Source of the DNA: Histomonas meleagridis 2922-C6/04-290x
Taxonomy: Eukaryota; Protista; Parabasalia
Length of the DNA: 64,000 nt
Reading direction: 5' to 3'
NCBI GenBank assembly: GCA_020184695.1
Contig: JAANOX010000221.1
Span: 29,494 to 93,493 of the forward strand
Within the stretch, counting starts at the first letter, position 1. Every line of letters starts with the position of its first letter. The position numbers and the translations under genes were made by a program. This document shows positions 42,670 through 57,000 of this stretch, in pieces. The notes under the pieces are model-generated. The model worked only from the letters and a program-made list of their open reading frames with translations. It was not told the DNA's origin and ran no database searches.

Positions 42670-45620
42670 CTTAAATTTTAAAAAAAATATTTAACCAAAA
42701 TGCACAATCCACTATGTTAACCTTTTGCTGGATCAGATGGTTACTGCAATTTAACATTTTAGGAAGAGGCAAATTCTTAATAATAAATACAATGAATAAG
42801 ATGATTTTTATTGTGCGTTTGGATAAGCTTGGATTGTGAGTGCTTAATTCGATTTCTTTTCCCAATCAAAATTGTCTACAGCCGCATCGAATGATGGGAT
42901 GCGATAACTACATCAAGTTCATATGTTGGATTCATTCAACGTTTGGTAAAAATACTTGTGTGAAAAATGATCGAAGCTTTTCACGGAGATTAGGTGCGAT
43001 GTGCAGGATGTGAGGAATGACAAAAATATATCCAGTTTAACAGTTTGGTAAATGTGCATTTTATACTTGGAGGTTGTGAGCCTTGAAGGTAGTCCAGGCT
43101 TGTCTTTTGTTGACATCTTAAGGGCAGTTCTATTTAGTGAAAACAAAAGACCAAATAGATGTGATTCACGATCTTCTTTGGATGCTGTCGATGCATCTTG
43201 GTTCCATACCTTTGTGATGGGAGGCAATTAATTGTGTGAGTGCTATATATGAGGAGGCTGTACTTTGTGATTGGTGCCATCCTGAATTATTTGACACTTT
43301 TGTTCAATGAAAAAATTCAATATTTTTCATATCACATGCCACTTCCCACTTTTTCATATATTTATAATGCAAACCGTACAAATGGTTTACATGATTTGAA
43401 CTTTTTCAATATTTGCTTTTTGAAAACTTTTATATCCGATAGGATCAAACAAAGTCAAAAGTGGATATAATAACCTAGAATAATTATTTGAGGATATTAA
43501 TAGGTACGTTGAAACCTAGAATAATTATTTGATCGATCTTAAATTTATTCTGAGTGCATTAATAAAATAATTGTACACCATTTTTTTGATTGGGAGATTA
43601 TTAATATTTCCAGAATTATAAATATTTGACAAATTCATTTGACAATGTTCATTATTAATTTTTTTCATATTTTCTTCTGAAAGATCAATATTTTAATTTA
43701 AAGCTTTCCAATTATAAAATGCTCATTTACTACTATTTTAATTTGATTGGATATGATCCAATTTTTACAAGAAATAAAAAATATAATAAAATACAAAATT
43801 TATTTAACATGTAGAATATTTAATTTTCTGTTTCCGGAACAGGGAAATTATTCATAATGAAATCATTGATCAATTTATTCGAATTCGTTGAGATCGAATT
43901 ATCATAATCTTCTAACTCAGGTCTTAACAAAAGGAATTTCTCATAATTAATCGAATTTGCCAAAATACAATAACAAATCTCTGGATAAGATTTAGTTATT
44001 AAATATTTCGAATTTCATACCTTTTGTAATAATTTTAGTATAATCATGTCAACAAATAATTTTTGGGTTATTAATATATTCTTTAAAAGTTATTCTCATT
44101 TAATATTTCTTTCTTAAACTCATTATAAAATCCAAAAGTATAAAAGAGAATTCTCGATTTGCCGTCGTATATCTATAGTTAACTTATCAATAGTCAAAAG
44201 AGAATTTGTAATAGATGCAAATGCACTTAGCGCTCTAATTTCTTTTTTGCGATCTAAAACAACTTTTTGTAATGTTCGTATTAAATTTGCTTCGTTATCA
44301 AATCCACATAACATGTTTAATATGTTTGCTTCTTCTTTACGTTCCATTAATGTTTCCGGTGGCCCTAATTGAACTAAATACGTATTAGCGAATTCTTCAG
44401 TTGTTAAATCATATGGCGCATCTTTAAAATATGGAATTAAGTCCATTCTTTAATAAATGTCGAAGTGGTACTTCGGGTTTGATGTTTCCTTGCGCCATTG
44501 TTGCTTCTTTTTGATTATGAATTGAATCTTCGATGATTAGAAGTTTGGTGGCTTCGTAGCGTATAGCGCGAATATGTGCGAGCTGATTGACTGATTTGCT
44601 GATTACTTGTGATGCAGCCAATGATCGATTGACGGTCTTACTGACATGAAGTAAACCAAACGGTGCGTTGTTTTTGTCTTTATTGGTGATAGAATTTGAT
44701 CGGTTGCGTTTGCACTCATGTTATGTCAACGAGGTCTTGAAGGAAATTATTGTTCGGATCCCCTGGAAAAGACCATCTAGAAGAATATGTGCATATGAGG
44801 CTTTCAGATCGATTTGAAATCAGTGAGACATGGCAGTTGTGATAAAGGAAACTTGAGATTTTGAGGTGTGGAACTGTAGCTTCTTGAAAAACCGTTATAC
44901 AACAAAATATTAGCTGGCTTTATATCGTCCCTTTCAATTTTCCAGAAGGTCGATGATGTAGGATGGAATTAGATGCGAATTAATTCTTCTCCAGCTCTTT
45001 GCTGTCATGCATTACCTGAGTGAGTACGGTCCCAATGGGTGGTTTCGCATGGAAATGAGTGGAAATAAAAGCTTTTGTGCGATGATGAAATCGATGGTGA
45101 ACATAAATAATTAAGATGAAAAGCCATTCTTGACTATAAAGATCTTTGTCTTGATGGATGATGTATGTTTGGAAGAGACAATTCATTCCCAGAATGCTGT
45201 GGTAGTAAAAATGAGAAGGAAATGGTCCAAACGTGGAATACACATCTAATCGTCTGGATCGTTGCAATTTTCAAAGAAAGCAAACCTTAAGATCTCTAAG
45301 TGGGAGTGAGAATTATAAAGAGAGGTGATATTTTTATGTTTTTAAATAATAGCTGATAGAAGCTGGTAGAAAATATCTTTTGAATAATATAAACTACGGT
45401 AAGGTAAATGACAACGTAGTGAATCTTTTTGGCTATTTGAATTGTTTAGAAATCTTGTTTCGAAGAAGTTTATATTCTTTTCTCGATCAATCAGTGTCAC
45501 GACCTCGTTCTATCCTATCGTTGATTAAGTGCTACGGCGCTTTCCTCTAAATTTGTCTATTAGTTCTTTGACATTTCCATCCTTTATCGAGAGCTTGAGA
45601 CATGTTTTCATTTTCCATGA
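42670..45620 (-). other. At least two protein-coding genes broken by many indels (increasing consensus noise)
   Basis: Chains of coding-like segments in shifting frames, e.g. ORFs 42919-43227, 44123-44446 and 44424-44621, and NYEKFLLLRPELEDYDNSIS near 43900. Products not identifiable. Confidence 0.5.
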
Positions 45621-45725
45621 CCTCCAAAACGGATGACAGGTAAAGTGTAAAAATACAAGTGGTATAAATGTTTAACACACAAAAAGATTGAATTTCAAAC
45701 ACTCTATTTGAACTCCGGCGGTTCT

Positions 45726-46286
45726 TACAGCAACATTTATTTTCAATACTCCTTTCAATTAGTAAGGTGCAGCGACATCTTTTTTATTATTTTCTGGTTG
45801 TTTAAGATATCTCATATAATCTTTTCTAAATAATTATAGCTCTTCATGGTTTATGACACTTCAAATCTGTATTCACAAGAACGTTGCTCTTTACATATTT
45901 TCGGCATTCTTTAGGATCAATAATAACTTCCTATCTTTTCAAATCCTATTTTCTTATACGACAATGTTGGATTCAGGCGGACCTTGCTTTCTAATTCCCA
46001 TTCAATGATAGGGATGTAAAGGCTTATCGATCTTGACATCCTGAACCATGTCTTCACACCTTTGATCTGAAATACATTGAACACAGAGGCTATGTACTTT
46101 CTATCTGGTGTCCAGATTTGAAGAGTTGCAACTCCCTTTTCCCAATGTTCCCATCCATATATGGTTTATAAAAAAGCTGCTCCAATTGTTGGAGATGTCG
46201 TCTCCCTAAACCTATGGTTTTGTAATAAGCAGAGTCTAGTTGGCGTTTTCTATACTTGTGTATCTCAACAGTCTAACAACTTTCAT
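45726..46286 (-). CDS. Rab-family small GTPase, frameshift-ridden in the noisy region
   Basis: MKVV start, FRETTSPTIGAAFL (switch I), GVATLQIW (G3 lead-in), VKTWF, a GN(K)-like segment, and TGTTGC (CC prenylation-like) near 45730. Confidence 0.6.
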
Positions 46287-49200
46287 TTCTGTTTATTAAT
46301 GCTTTCTGTTTCAATTAACAAAGTTGGTAATCCTTAACCTGAAAAATAAACAATCAAATAAAAAAGTTTATCATAGACACAATCCTCCGCCTTGGTTGTT
46401 CATTTTGGAAAATTCTGCTTCCATTTAAAAATAATGATCAACCTGTTTGCAAAACTTCTTTAAATTAACAAAAATGTGGTTTAGTTATTGCGGTGCAACC
46501 AGATCACATATGAAATTTTTCATAAAAAAATTGAACTACCATTTTAGTTGCCTTTTGCTCAAGGGTGTAGTTTTGTGAAATTAGTGGAATCTGAGCTCAG
46601 TTCCCAATGTTGAAGTAACTTTTAATTTTGTTATTCAAGTTTTCGTGATATGACATGTTTTGCCAGGTGGCCACGACCACAAAGTAAGGCGACAACATGT
46701 CTGGCTTTTTATTCATAACGCTCGTTTGATGGCTGAGGTGGGTTTGCAAGGACCACATCTTCTGAATGTATTGTGGTTGCAATGGTACTTCTGACTTATC
46801 AAAATTTTCTTTCAGTGCTGCGCATCTTTGGATATCAGGGCCGGGCATCGGTGAGTAACACTGAAACGGCTCCACCTGAAGAGCCACCTGAATTAATGCC
46901 TGTTCGGTGTGAAAAGAACTGGCGTTTAATGGGAAGATAAACTTAATTACGACTACACATAGAGACCTTGCCGTCATACGATTTTATCGACCTAAAACTT
47001 CCTGAGCGTGACATTCCAAAACAAACTATTGATGGATAAAATAATTATACATTCAGAACAGACAAGTTGATCATTTTCAGGATGATAAGAAAGCTCGTCT
47101 GGGTATCAGAGGATGCAAAATAGGAGTCAGTGATGAAGAAAAAGTGATATCTGCGATGAATGGAAGAGTTATGCAGAAGGCTTCCACTCCATGAAGCTCT
47201 GAGAAGCCTGCAAGTTAAACCTCTAAATCATAAATAAGATCTTTTCTGTGGCAGCAAACTTGCTTTGCCAGTGTTTTCTTTATCGTTTCGACATTAGACT
47301 CTCAAACTTCCTTTAGAGACAAAATCTTATTTTAAAATAAATAAGTATTCATTGATATTTTTTCCACAATTAGAGACTTCTTAAAAAGTAAATCAATGAA
47401 AGCTTTAACAATGTTTTAAAGATTTTTTATCGATGATACATGTTTTTCGCTATAATAAAGCTATAATACAACAGTGATGTGAAATAGCAGGAACGATGTG
47501 AGCAAGACGTCAAAAACCGCGCCAAAATAATGGACGTCATAGACTCGTTCTCAGTTATAAATCTTAACATAAGGATGACCTCTGCAGAAATTATGGAAAG
47601 TGTAAGTATTGATGATTCAAAGGAGCAAAAACGAAGTATCAAGTATATATTATATTGTTTGAAAAACAGGTTCATTCGGAAAGTATCGGCAGCCAAATAT
47701 TAAATATCAAAAATCTTTGGGAGGAATCGGAAAAATTGGATGAGATCAATAAAAGATAACTTCTGAAAGAAAAAACAAAAGTACGAGAAAAGTTCAAACA
47801 GGCATCCAGGGACGTTTCATTTGAGAAGGGAGGCAGAGCGAAGGCTTCTTTTGAAATCAAGAAGTATCTGGAACATCATAGTCAACTTATAGTGTTTCAA
47901 CAACATTTTGATTGATTTCTTTGTTAGATGATGGTAAAAGAGATGTGTGTTTGCTGTCAGATCAGCGTAGCCAGAAGGTGTTCTTTGACTCAAGGTTTCA
48001 ATCCAACGTTAAACAGGCTTCTGACAATTGTTTAACTCTATATTTGACCAGATGATCAAATCAATACAAAATATCAGTTCATGGGACTATTTTATAATTT
48101 TTTAAATATAAGTAAGGAAGATCAAAATTAAGACTTTCTCCACACAAAAATGTTTGCGTTTATATTTGTATAAAGAGATCTTCAAATTTTTATTCACTAT
48201 TTAATCTTGAAAACAGAAGTGTTTATTGCTATAAATACTTTGGGTGAATAGTATTGTGTAAAAAATATTTAATGTCTTTTGCAGAAACCTAAATCATGGA
48301 GATATATATCTTCTTGCATCCATATATCAATTAAAAAAGCACTTAAATTAACTGAAGAAGATTTGCTTTTCCATATTAATAAACTTTCATTTTTATATAT
48401 TATTTGATGCAGTGAAATAAAACAATGAAAAGGTTTTTCATGATACTTTAAACAATGTATTTCTTTATTATGAAGGATTATCATTTAATTTGGACATTAT
48501 GAAAAGTTAGACTTATTGATTGTGTCTATTTGATGCTCGAGCATGACCAAAGTTGCAGGTCGGCGGAATTCATCTGCGGCTGGCGCGAGCTGTTAAGCTT
48601 GGACCGGAGAAAGCAGAGGCGCGAGGTCTTGAACCTCTGCTGTGCCACTGCGACCGAAAGTCTGGGGTGAAGTAATCTTCTGTCTGGATATTACAGTCAG
48701 CATGAAAAGCTTCTGGTTTTCTTTACTGATACGCTCATTTTGCTTTCTGGGCAAGAAAAGATCAACCACTTTTACCAGTTCTAATCAATAATAAATCATA
48801 TACAGGATATATGTCTTAGCTGCAGAAAAGCAATAATTTTAGTTGATCAAGGTAAGGCAATTCTTGAGTCCCAGAGTTCTGGCAAAATTGCACTTCTGCT
48901 GATATCAAAGATATTTTCAGTTCAGAGCAACCACAGAAATTTGCTTTTTTGGACACCTGAATAGAGGTTCTTCATGAGCGGGAAGCTATATTATGAAAAA
49001 CTTTAATGTGCATTTTATATATAAGAATGATAAATCACAAATTCTGTAAATCTTGTTAAACAGTCAGCTACAGACCTCTGTCAAAGCCTATTGTGATAAT
49101 GCCCTATAAAGGAAGAGAGTCTTTTTTGTAGGCTCTATTCTGCGGCTTTGATTACATTACTTTTGCGGCTGGCAATGATCCTGAACTTTAATCACTCGTG

Positions 49201-51000
49201 ACATAGAATAACCTGCTTCAGGTGTCAAAGTCCACAAGCGTCGACTCTTCCGGATTAGTCTTTATAGCGATGAATTGTTAACAAAATTGCAGAAGATCCC
49301 TTACAAACACTAGCTTGCGAGATGGAGTGAAATTCGGCTGTTCGATCCATTCCGTTGAGAAGGTGAAAAGTTTATGAAGGGGAATTACTAATCAGTTTTG
49401 ATCGGCTTCATCCCTTTGGGTTGCCGCATATCACTTAAGACAGAGAATGGAATCACGCTCCCAATTCACAAAACAAACGTATTCTTCAACTCAAGTTATT
49501 GATTGGATTATTTTTTAATTGATAAAATCAATAAAATATAAAATTTATAAAATATTTAAGAAGAAGAACATTTACAATTTTACATATTTACTTTAACACT
49601 CTGTTTATTGTTTTCATTTTAGTATAGAAGAGGAAACGATATATTGGAATGATTGCTTGTAATGTAGTATGATAGTGTATAGTGATCTAAAAAATAATCT
49701 TTTTAAGTTTTTCTTCAGTTTTAATTTAGAGTTCCTATTATATTATATAGATGCCCAACTCCCAAGTGTAGCATCTTCAATGCTTTATATAGCTTATATT
49801 AATAACTTCTTTAAGTTAACAACAAAATAATTTAAATAAATATTATTATAATTCTTTTATTCATTAAAAGAACATATTTGGATTGAACTTAAATATCCTG
49901 TTTTAATGATTATATGATTCCGTAAAATTAGACGACATTTAAAAAAATAATGAAAAAATTTTATGTCCTTGTAGCCATTTGCGTAGTTCTTTCTCCTTAT
50001 TCTATATCAAGGCCTTAGGCAATAATACTATTCAATTAATTTCAGGGCATTTAATATCGACAGAAAAATATATTTTCTACATTTGTTTCTTCTTCTTCAC
50101 TCTCTTTCTTGGCGCGTACACGTCATTATTTTGAGCTATCGAGATCTCAGCAAAGCTATAGTGCCTGCTTTTCTCTTGTAGTTATCTTCTAATTTCCGAA
50201 CAAGTATTCTTTTGCGTCTGCTTTCTTTATAGTCGTCACCTCGGTACATTTTCCTTGGGTGAACTTTCATTTATCCATAAGATCGTCGCCGACAGCGGTT
50301 TGTGAAATCCACGCGCTGAAGAAGTTCTTGCGCTCGTTGTTGTGTTTGTCTCGGTGAAGGGCGCAACGTGAGTGTCTTCTTTCTGTATTCTGTGTATTAC
50401 GTTTCTTCTTATGTTTTACTTCTTGAGGTTTGACAGTTCCAAGATCAGCTCGTTAATTGTTGTTTGTTTATTGCATCATAAGCTACTTGTGCTACTAGAC
50501 AGGCGCTCATGTGGGTTGGCCTGTTCGTTCATAAAGTTTGTGTCTTCTTCTTCCCGATTTTACTCTGAAATCTGTTGGTTCCAAAATTTGGTGAGATCTA
50601 TAAGAAAAGGATCTATGTCATTATATGTCAGATGCACTTTCTTCTTCATAATTCTTATACGGATTATTTTCATTGATTCTTTGGCGTTTTTGTTCTCAGA
50701 TTCATCAAATTCGGATTCATTTCTTCTTTAATTGTTTTCGCTGGTCTTTGTCGACAAAGAAAATAGCAAATTTAAAAGTTCTGACTCGAGTAATCAGGTA
50801 ATGATATCATTTCAATAAGGTTTGAAAAATTGTAAAGTTATGCCAAAACCGTTTAATCAAAATTTCAATTTTATACGTTTAGATAATCTAACAGAAAAGG
50901 CAAATAACAAGGGAATAATACAAAAAACGTAAATCACCTTTCAAAGAAGAAGAATTGATCTTTCACAAATATTAAACAATCTAAACTAGGGCAAGGTGCA

Positions 51001-51076
51001 TTGGATTGGTTTATTCAATGTTGATCGAAAGAGCAAGTAAAATAGTAGCAATTAAATGCTGAATAAACTAATCCAA
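51001..51076. other. Apex of the fold-back
   Basis: TTGGATTGGTTTATTCA (51001-51017) and TGAATAAACTAATCCAA (51060-51076) are reverse complements with one mismatch. Anchor coordinate sums converge on about 102,050-102,080, i.e. a centre near 51,030-51,040. Confidence 0.75.
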
Positions 51077-54000
51077 GATACATATATACAATTAAATTAT
51101 TTAGCTCTATCGGTTGTGGCTCCTCACAGGGTGCGTTATATCGTAATCTGCTATCAATCTCTACGCCTGTTTGCTGGTCTCAGCGGCTAAGACACAGTTA
51201 CGGTCAAACAGTTTTTGACGCTACCATAATTCATTGCCAATGAATGTTCCATTACTCAGTGTTTCTCAAATTTCTTATTTACGTCATTAGACTCAACAGA
51301 TGGCAGCAGATCGTTGATCGAATAGAGAAACGCTCAAAAATAAAAACTACAAAAAGTACTAAGAAGAAGATCATCGACAAACTGTGATCACACAGATCTC
51401 TTATTCTGAAAGCGTGGTGCGGTTCGATCGAGTATTTGGGTGAGCGGAGAATGTGGATCAATGAGCTTCGTCTAGTAACATGTTAAGTAAAAACGTATTG
51501 ATCGAGCGATGTAACCTTGAGCTCAGAAACAACATAAGAAGAGCATGGTCTGTAATCTGCAAAACCTGCTGATGGTGCATTATAAAGCCGCATAATCGAG
51601 ACACCGCCTGCTTTCTTCGGCGTGTTTTCTGACCGCTGTCAGTCAGCATAGGACAAACAAACTCTGAAAGTGCACGTCAGAAAGTGACATTTATGACAAG
51701 ACATTTTAGTGAACATCTTACTGGAAGCCCAGAGTTGCTGAAAATGCTGCAGGCCTGAAACTTAGCTGAAGATCTGGAGTGAACCTGCGAAATGTGACAT
51801 GTACGCTGAAAGGAAGAGGAAGAAATAAATGATATTGAGAATACTCTTTCTGTTTTGTCCTTTTGTTACTAATTGACAGAAAGTATCTATTTTACTCAGA
51901 TGCATACCAACCTAATATAAAGAACTGATACAAATTCTGCTGAAAGGACATCGCAAGAGTTTTTCATTCTCTTTTTAATGTCGTCTTCGCCTTTGGAATC
52001 AATCTCAGCTGGACTGCGAGATAAAAATGACATTTAAATTCGACCCATAAAAAAATTCATAATAATGTGCTGTTAGATGTCTTAAATATATAAACACTCA
52101 ATTTATTTAATTATGTTGCTACGATGAATGCTAAGGCACCTCTGAACTCTCTAAATTAAACTGAAGAAAAGCAAAAAAGATTATTTTTAGATCAGTGTAA
52201 CACTATCATACCCATTACAAGCAATCATTTATTATCAGTTTTTTATTTTAAATAGATAAATAAACAAGTGTTAAAAAATATGTGGAGTTAATGTTTTCAT
52301 ATATAATCAATTATGACTATTGATTATCAGTCAAATAATCAATCAACAACTTGAGGTTAATAGAATACCTTCTTGTGAACTGAGATATGATGCGCTGATG
52401 TCTCCCAAGGACAGGTGTCGATCAGGCTGGCTGGATTACTCGCCATGGCTGCACCAAACTCTCAGCGGAGATGAATCAGGTGCAACTCACACTCCTCCAC
52501 CCAGCCGGGCTGCCAAGACCTTACGAGGTCTCTGTCTGTATTTCATCAGGCTCATCACCTCAAATCAATCAGGCTGGTTGACAACGGAACTCGATAATCA
52601 GCAAACATCAGCTCTTCCACTATCGTGAAGTGACAAGGCTGTGAGATCATTGTCAGCCAAAAAAGCAAACAAATCTGCTGCTTTAGGTGACTGAGACCCT
52701 TCCTTTATAGTGTATTGCTAATATTTAGTTCAGTGTATTAAATTAACAACTGTGAGTTGCACAGTGGTTTGCCTCATCTGGTTTTGTAACTCTTGTGTGT
52801 TAAGGATTTGCTGTGATCTGTAACGCCTCAAGCTCATGAAGAACTGTCTGTGGTCAAGGACAGGCCTCATGTCGTTTTCAGACTGGCGCGATCGGCAAGT
52901 GCAGCCTACCGGGGACAGAAAATGACATGATCAGCAGTCTATTGCTGCAACAGGACCCATATATCTCTGTTCATATATCCCATCATCCATATTTGGCACA
53001 GTGGCTGATCTGCAAGCAAGTGAACATTGATCGATGTAGGAAGCTATGGATCCGAGTCTCCCAGAGATAGACTGGCCTGGTTTGTAACGTTAACAAGTCT
53101 GCCTCTAAAGTTTCTTCTGGTCAACATGTTGACTACGTTATTACAGATAATTCACTATCTCTGCATTTCAGAACAAATGTTCAGTGATTTCCAAACGAGA
53201 TTGTCATTTAATAAGTCTAATTTTCCTGCTTTTATACTATATTAAGCGCGTAAGAGATACGTATTTCAAGTATCATATAAACTTTTCTGCTGTTTCATTT
53301 TGAAAATCAAGTACATAAAGAAAGTAAGCTTTAATAACAAGGAAGCAAATCTTCTTCAGGTTAGGCAATGCTTTAGTGATATGATATTGTAATCTCAGGA
53401 TACCTCTTCATGATTTGCTATGGTTATTGAGAAAAAGCGATGGCTGTTTTACATATTCACCACAAAATATTTTTATGACACGGCAAATTGTTTGTTTCAG
53501 ACCAAATAGTGAATGGGAAATTTAGCTGATTCTAACATAACACAAGGCATTTTGTGAGGAAAAGAGAATGCTTTATCTCCCTTTACTATATTTCAAGTTA
53601 TAAATATCACGAACGTCATTGTTGGTTTTTGTCATTCTGGGTCTCAAGCAAGTTGTGGAAAATTATTGAAATCTTGTGCAGTTGGGGAAGTTAAACAGTT
53701 GGTGATATTCTCATCAAATCTTTGAATTGACTACGGTTTCATCTGTTTACCATTATCAGAATCAAAGAAGGAGGAAATTGTAATCAAAGCGGTGATGACC
53801 TGAGGGAAGACCTGTGTGTTTTGGTTCTGAAGTTCGCGCTGCACCTCTTACCGCTTTCTCTGCGTGCTTGGATGTTTGCTAATTCTTTCTGCATTTCTTG
53901 CTTTCTTTATGTCTTCATTGAGTGTCTGTTTTTCAGACACAAACAATACAGCGTTTGTATCTTTATCTTTGGTTTTCTGAATATTTCTCTGAATGAACAC

Positions 54001-57000
54001 TGTTTTCAAGTCTCAACTCTCTGCATTGGATTATTCACTAATTTGGTTCTTTGAATCATCAATACTACACTCCATAATTTCTGGTGAGTCACCAGTGTTA
54101 CTAACTGAGAACAGTGAGTGCAGGTATTTTGGCGCGGTGACATTTTGTTTCAATAAAATTTCAGTTATTTACATCCACTTGTTGTGATTAACAGTGTTTT
54201 TATTAGAGCAGAAACATCTTGTCATCGATAAAACGTGTTAAGTTTTCGTGCTGTTAGTTTCTTAAAGTTTTACAATTGTAAAAATATCAGTCTAATGATT
54301 GCTATTTTGAAATGGGTATTCTAAAGGAAGTGAAACCTAGTGTGTATCAAGCAGGAAGTGCCGACTAAAATCTTTGTTTTCATGTTTTATATGTCGCCTT
54401 GTTAAGAGTTTCTGCCTCAGAGCTTTGGTGGAAAGTATGTATAACACGTAAAAAGCATTCATAGACTCTGTCTGTCTCTTTCGAAATCTGTGACATGGTT
54501 TATCCAGAAAGACGGAGTCTGGTTTCAAACAGTTATTATTTTATCTCATCAATGATTTTGTAGATATCATACTGTGGAAATGCCAGGTTTAACAAAATCG
54601 TGTATGACAATGAATATCACTATTAAACTGAGGATCACTAATCAGTTCAGTTGTTGTGGAAATATTCAGAGGCTGCAGTAGGCATTTTCCACTCGCTCTA
54701 GTGGATATTAAGAGTGGGAGAAAATTTTTGTTGTTGAAGTGCAACCAACAATATGTGAAATGTGTCATATGAAGCCAATAAGATCATCAAACGTATTTAT
54801 GGGTGGCTAATGAGCTCTAGCTGGTAACACCTCAAGCCTACGTTTATATCGAAAAACTGACAATGCCAAACAAGCACTTCTTCACTGGGAATCTGAGCTC
54901 AATTCTCACCAGTAGTGATTCTGACAGGGGATAAGTATTCAGATGTGATGCTTTTTTGAAAAATTTCAGTATAAGGCCATTTAAAACTGTTCAATTTAAG
55001 AATGCTACAAGACATTTTAAACAGAAGAGGTTTCAAAATGACACGGAGTTAGGACAGTGGGCACACATTTGATTGACTATGGTTATGTTTTGCTTAGCTC
55101 ATTGAATTCAGAAGGCAGAGTGAAGATGAGATTGTTGTGATAGTTTTACCTAATGGAAAAACGTCATCATTGGGTTTGCCAGACTACATGATTCAGGGAA
55201 GTGGCCGTCTCAACATTGAACGCTTTCAAACCTCATGACGACATCAAAGAAGGGTTGCAACCCTGAGACAGCAGGGCTAACAACTCCAATTCATTATTGC
55301 ACCCAGAATCAATAGTCTTTCTGTCCTGTTGTTTGATGTTATATCATTGACAGTTTTAATCCTTGACAGCTGGTGGAAACAGGTAAACAGAACTATGAAA
55401 GTATTGAAAGCCCAGAGATAGAAAGTGTGTTCTTGTGCTGTCATTGGAAATACGATGAGTGTCTGCAGCTGAAGTATTCGTGTTGAAGATAATTCGCCGA
55501 ATATATTAAAACAGCCGAAGAAAATAACAAAAGATGTCGCTGCACCTTCGGAAAAGAAAATAAATATTTAAAAGAAGGCTCAGCTTTGATTAGTGTTTAC
55601 AGTCCACAATGTTAAGCTGGTGGGTGCGTTCAGTATTTTGTTAACTTTTACTCTGTCATCATTGTCAGCATCAGTATGTTTTCAACACTTTTCGATAAGA
55701 ATGGAATGTCAAAAGAATATCATTCAAATTTGAAGCACAATGTACTGCTGGCATGAATAATGCTTTGAATGTATCGAGAGAAAGATGGAAATTTGTCAGT
55801 CTAACAATTTGGCAAAGATCTCGCTACGTTATTACCTTACCGCTCAATTTATATTATTCAAAAAGATCTCTAATATCAACCTCATTAAAACATGAAATAT
55901 CTCTCTGTCTCCTCCCTTGAAGATCTGTTATGCTGAAAATTGTAACGATCAGAATGTGTTTCTGGTTTGGATTTTGATATACCTTCTTTTTTTTTTTGCT
56001 GAAAAGTGAGGCTGATAGTGTTTCTTCAAACAATATCATCCATTAAAAGACAAGAAAAATTTCAGAATATTTTATTCGCACCATTATTTCTTCGATTTAT
56101 CCTTCAAAAGTTTTATTTCCACCATTTTCATGTTTTGCTTCACCATTGGTTTCGTATCACTTAGGTAATACCGATGGCTGAGAGGATGGGGAGTGTGATA
56201 TGGCGAAGTTATTCCATCTGTCATCGACCTCAGAAAGGTGATCACTATCTTGTATAACATTTCAAGAAGCATGTTCCATCTCAGAACTCATATCACAAAT
56301 TGCATGTCTCACTGGTTTTCCAAATCAGTCTGAAAGTATCTTTTGGTGGTCACTCAGGGGATCAGATATTTAACACAAGATCTTATTTGACATGGCAAAA
56401 TTAAAATAGGCTGCCCTGTCGATCTAAAGTCACCAATAAGACAAGAGAAGCAACATATGGCTGACAGATTACTATCGTCAGTGTTACTTCATCTGTGTAA
56501 ATCATTGCAGTAGTCAAAATCTATTCTCTGGCTCACAAACAATCATCAGGAAGTTCAGTGTCAAAGGAAGACAGCAATGACTGAAGAGCAAACAGAGAAG
56601 TGCAGCTGACCATTTGTGTGAAAGCGGACTAATTCCATGTTACAAGATCTCCCAGAAGAACCGTCAACTCAGTTGATGAAACACCAAATAAGTGGGTAAA
56701 GAAGAAACAAACATGACAAACATGTTAGCATGTGGACTGATAACAAAGCAAGTGAACATTACAAAGAAAGTTGTTTAGATCTGAAATTAGAGGCACTAGA
56801 CCACATTTGCATCAATACAAGTTTCTTCTTTGACCAATCAAGATAAATATAGTATAGTGACGGAGTCAAAGGTGATCTCTTTATACTTTGTTATAATAGT
56901 TTTACAAAAATGTTAAATGAAGATGTACCCCCAAAGGAATGTATTTAATGCCTTCAAATTATTACATTGATATTATATAAATTATTGCGAAAGGTAAAAA

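Larger units (their letters stand above)
36570..51017 (+). repeat. Left arm of giant fold-back palindrome
   Basis: Colinear reverse-complement anchors to the right arm, e.g. 37147/63557, 40531/60573, 41147/60102, 42100/59301, 44832/56304, 45784/55529, 48366/53345, 49663/52214, 50417/51527. Confidence 0.93.

Noticed and set aside
44890-44925. DIKPANILL kinase-like catalytic-loop motif on the minus strand
   Set aside because: No HRD, DFG, APE or Gly-rich loop recoverable nearby; the region is too noisy to call a kinase.
51018-51059. Nanopore adapter sequence in the apex loop
   Set aside because: Only a weak AGCAAT resemblance; not enough to claim an adapter.
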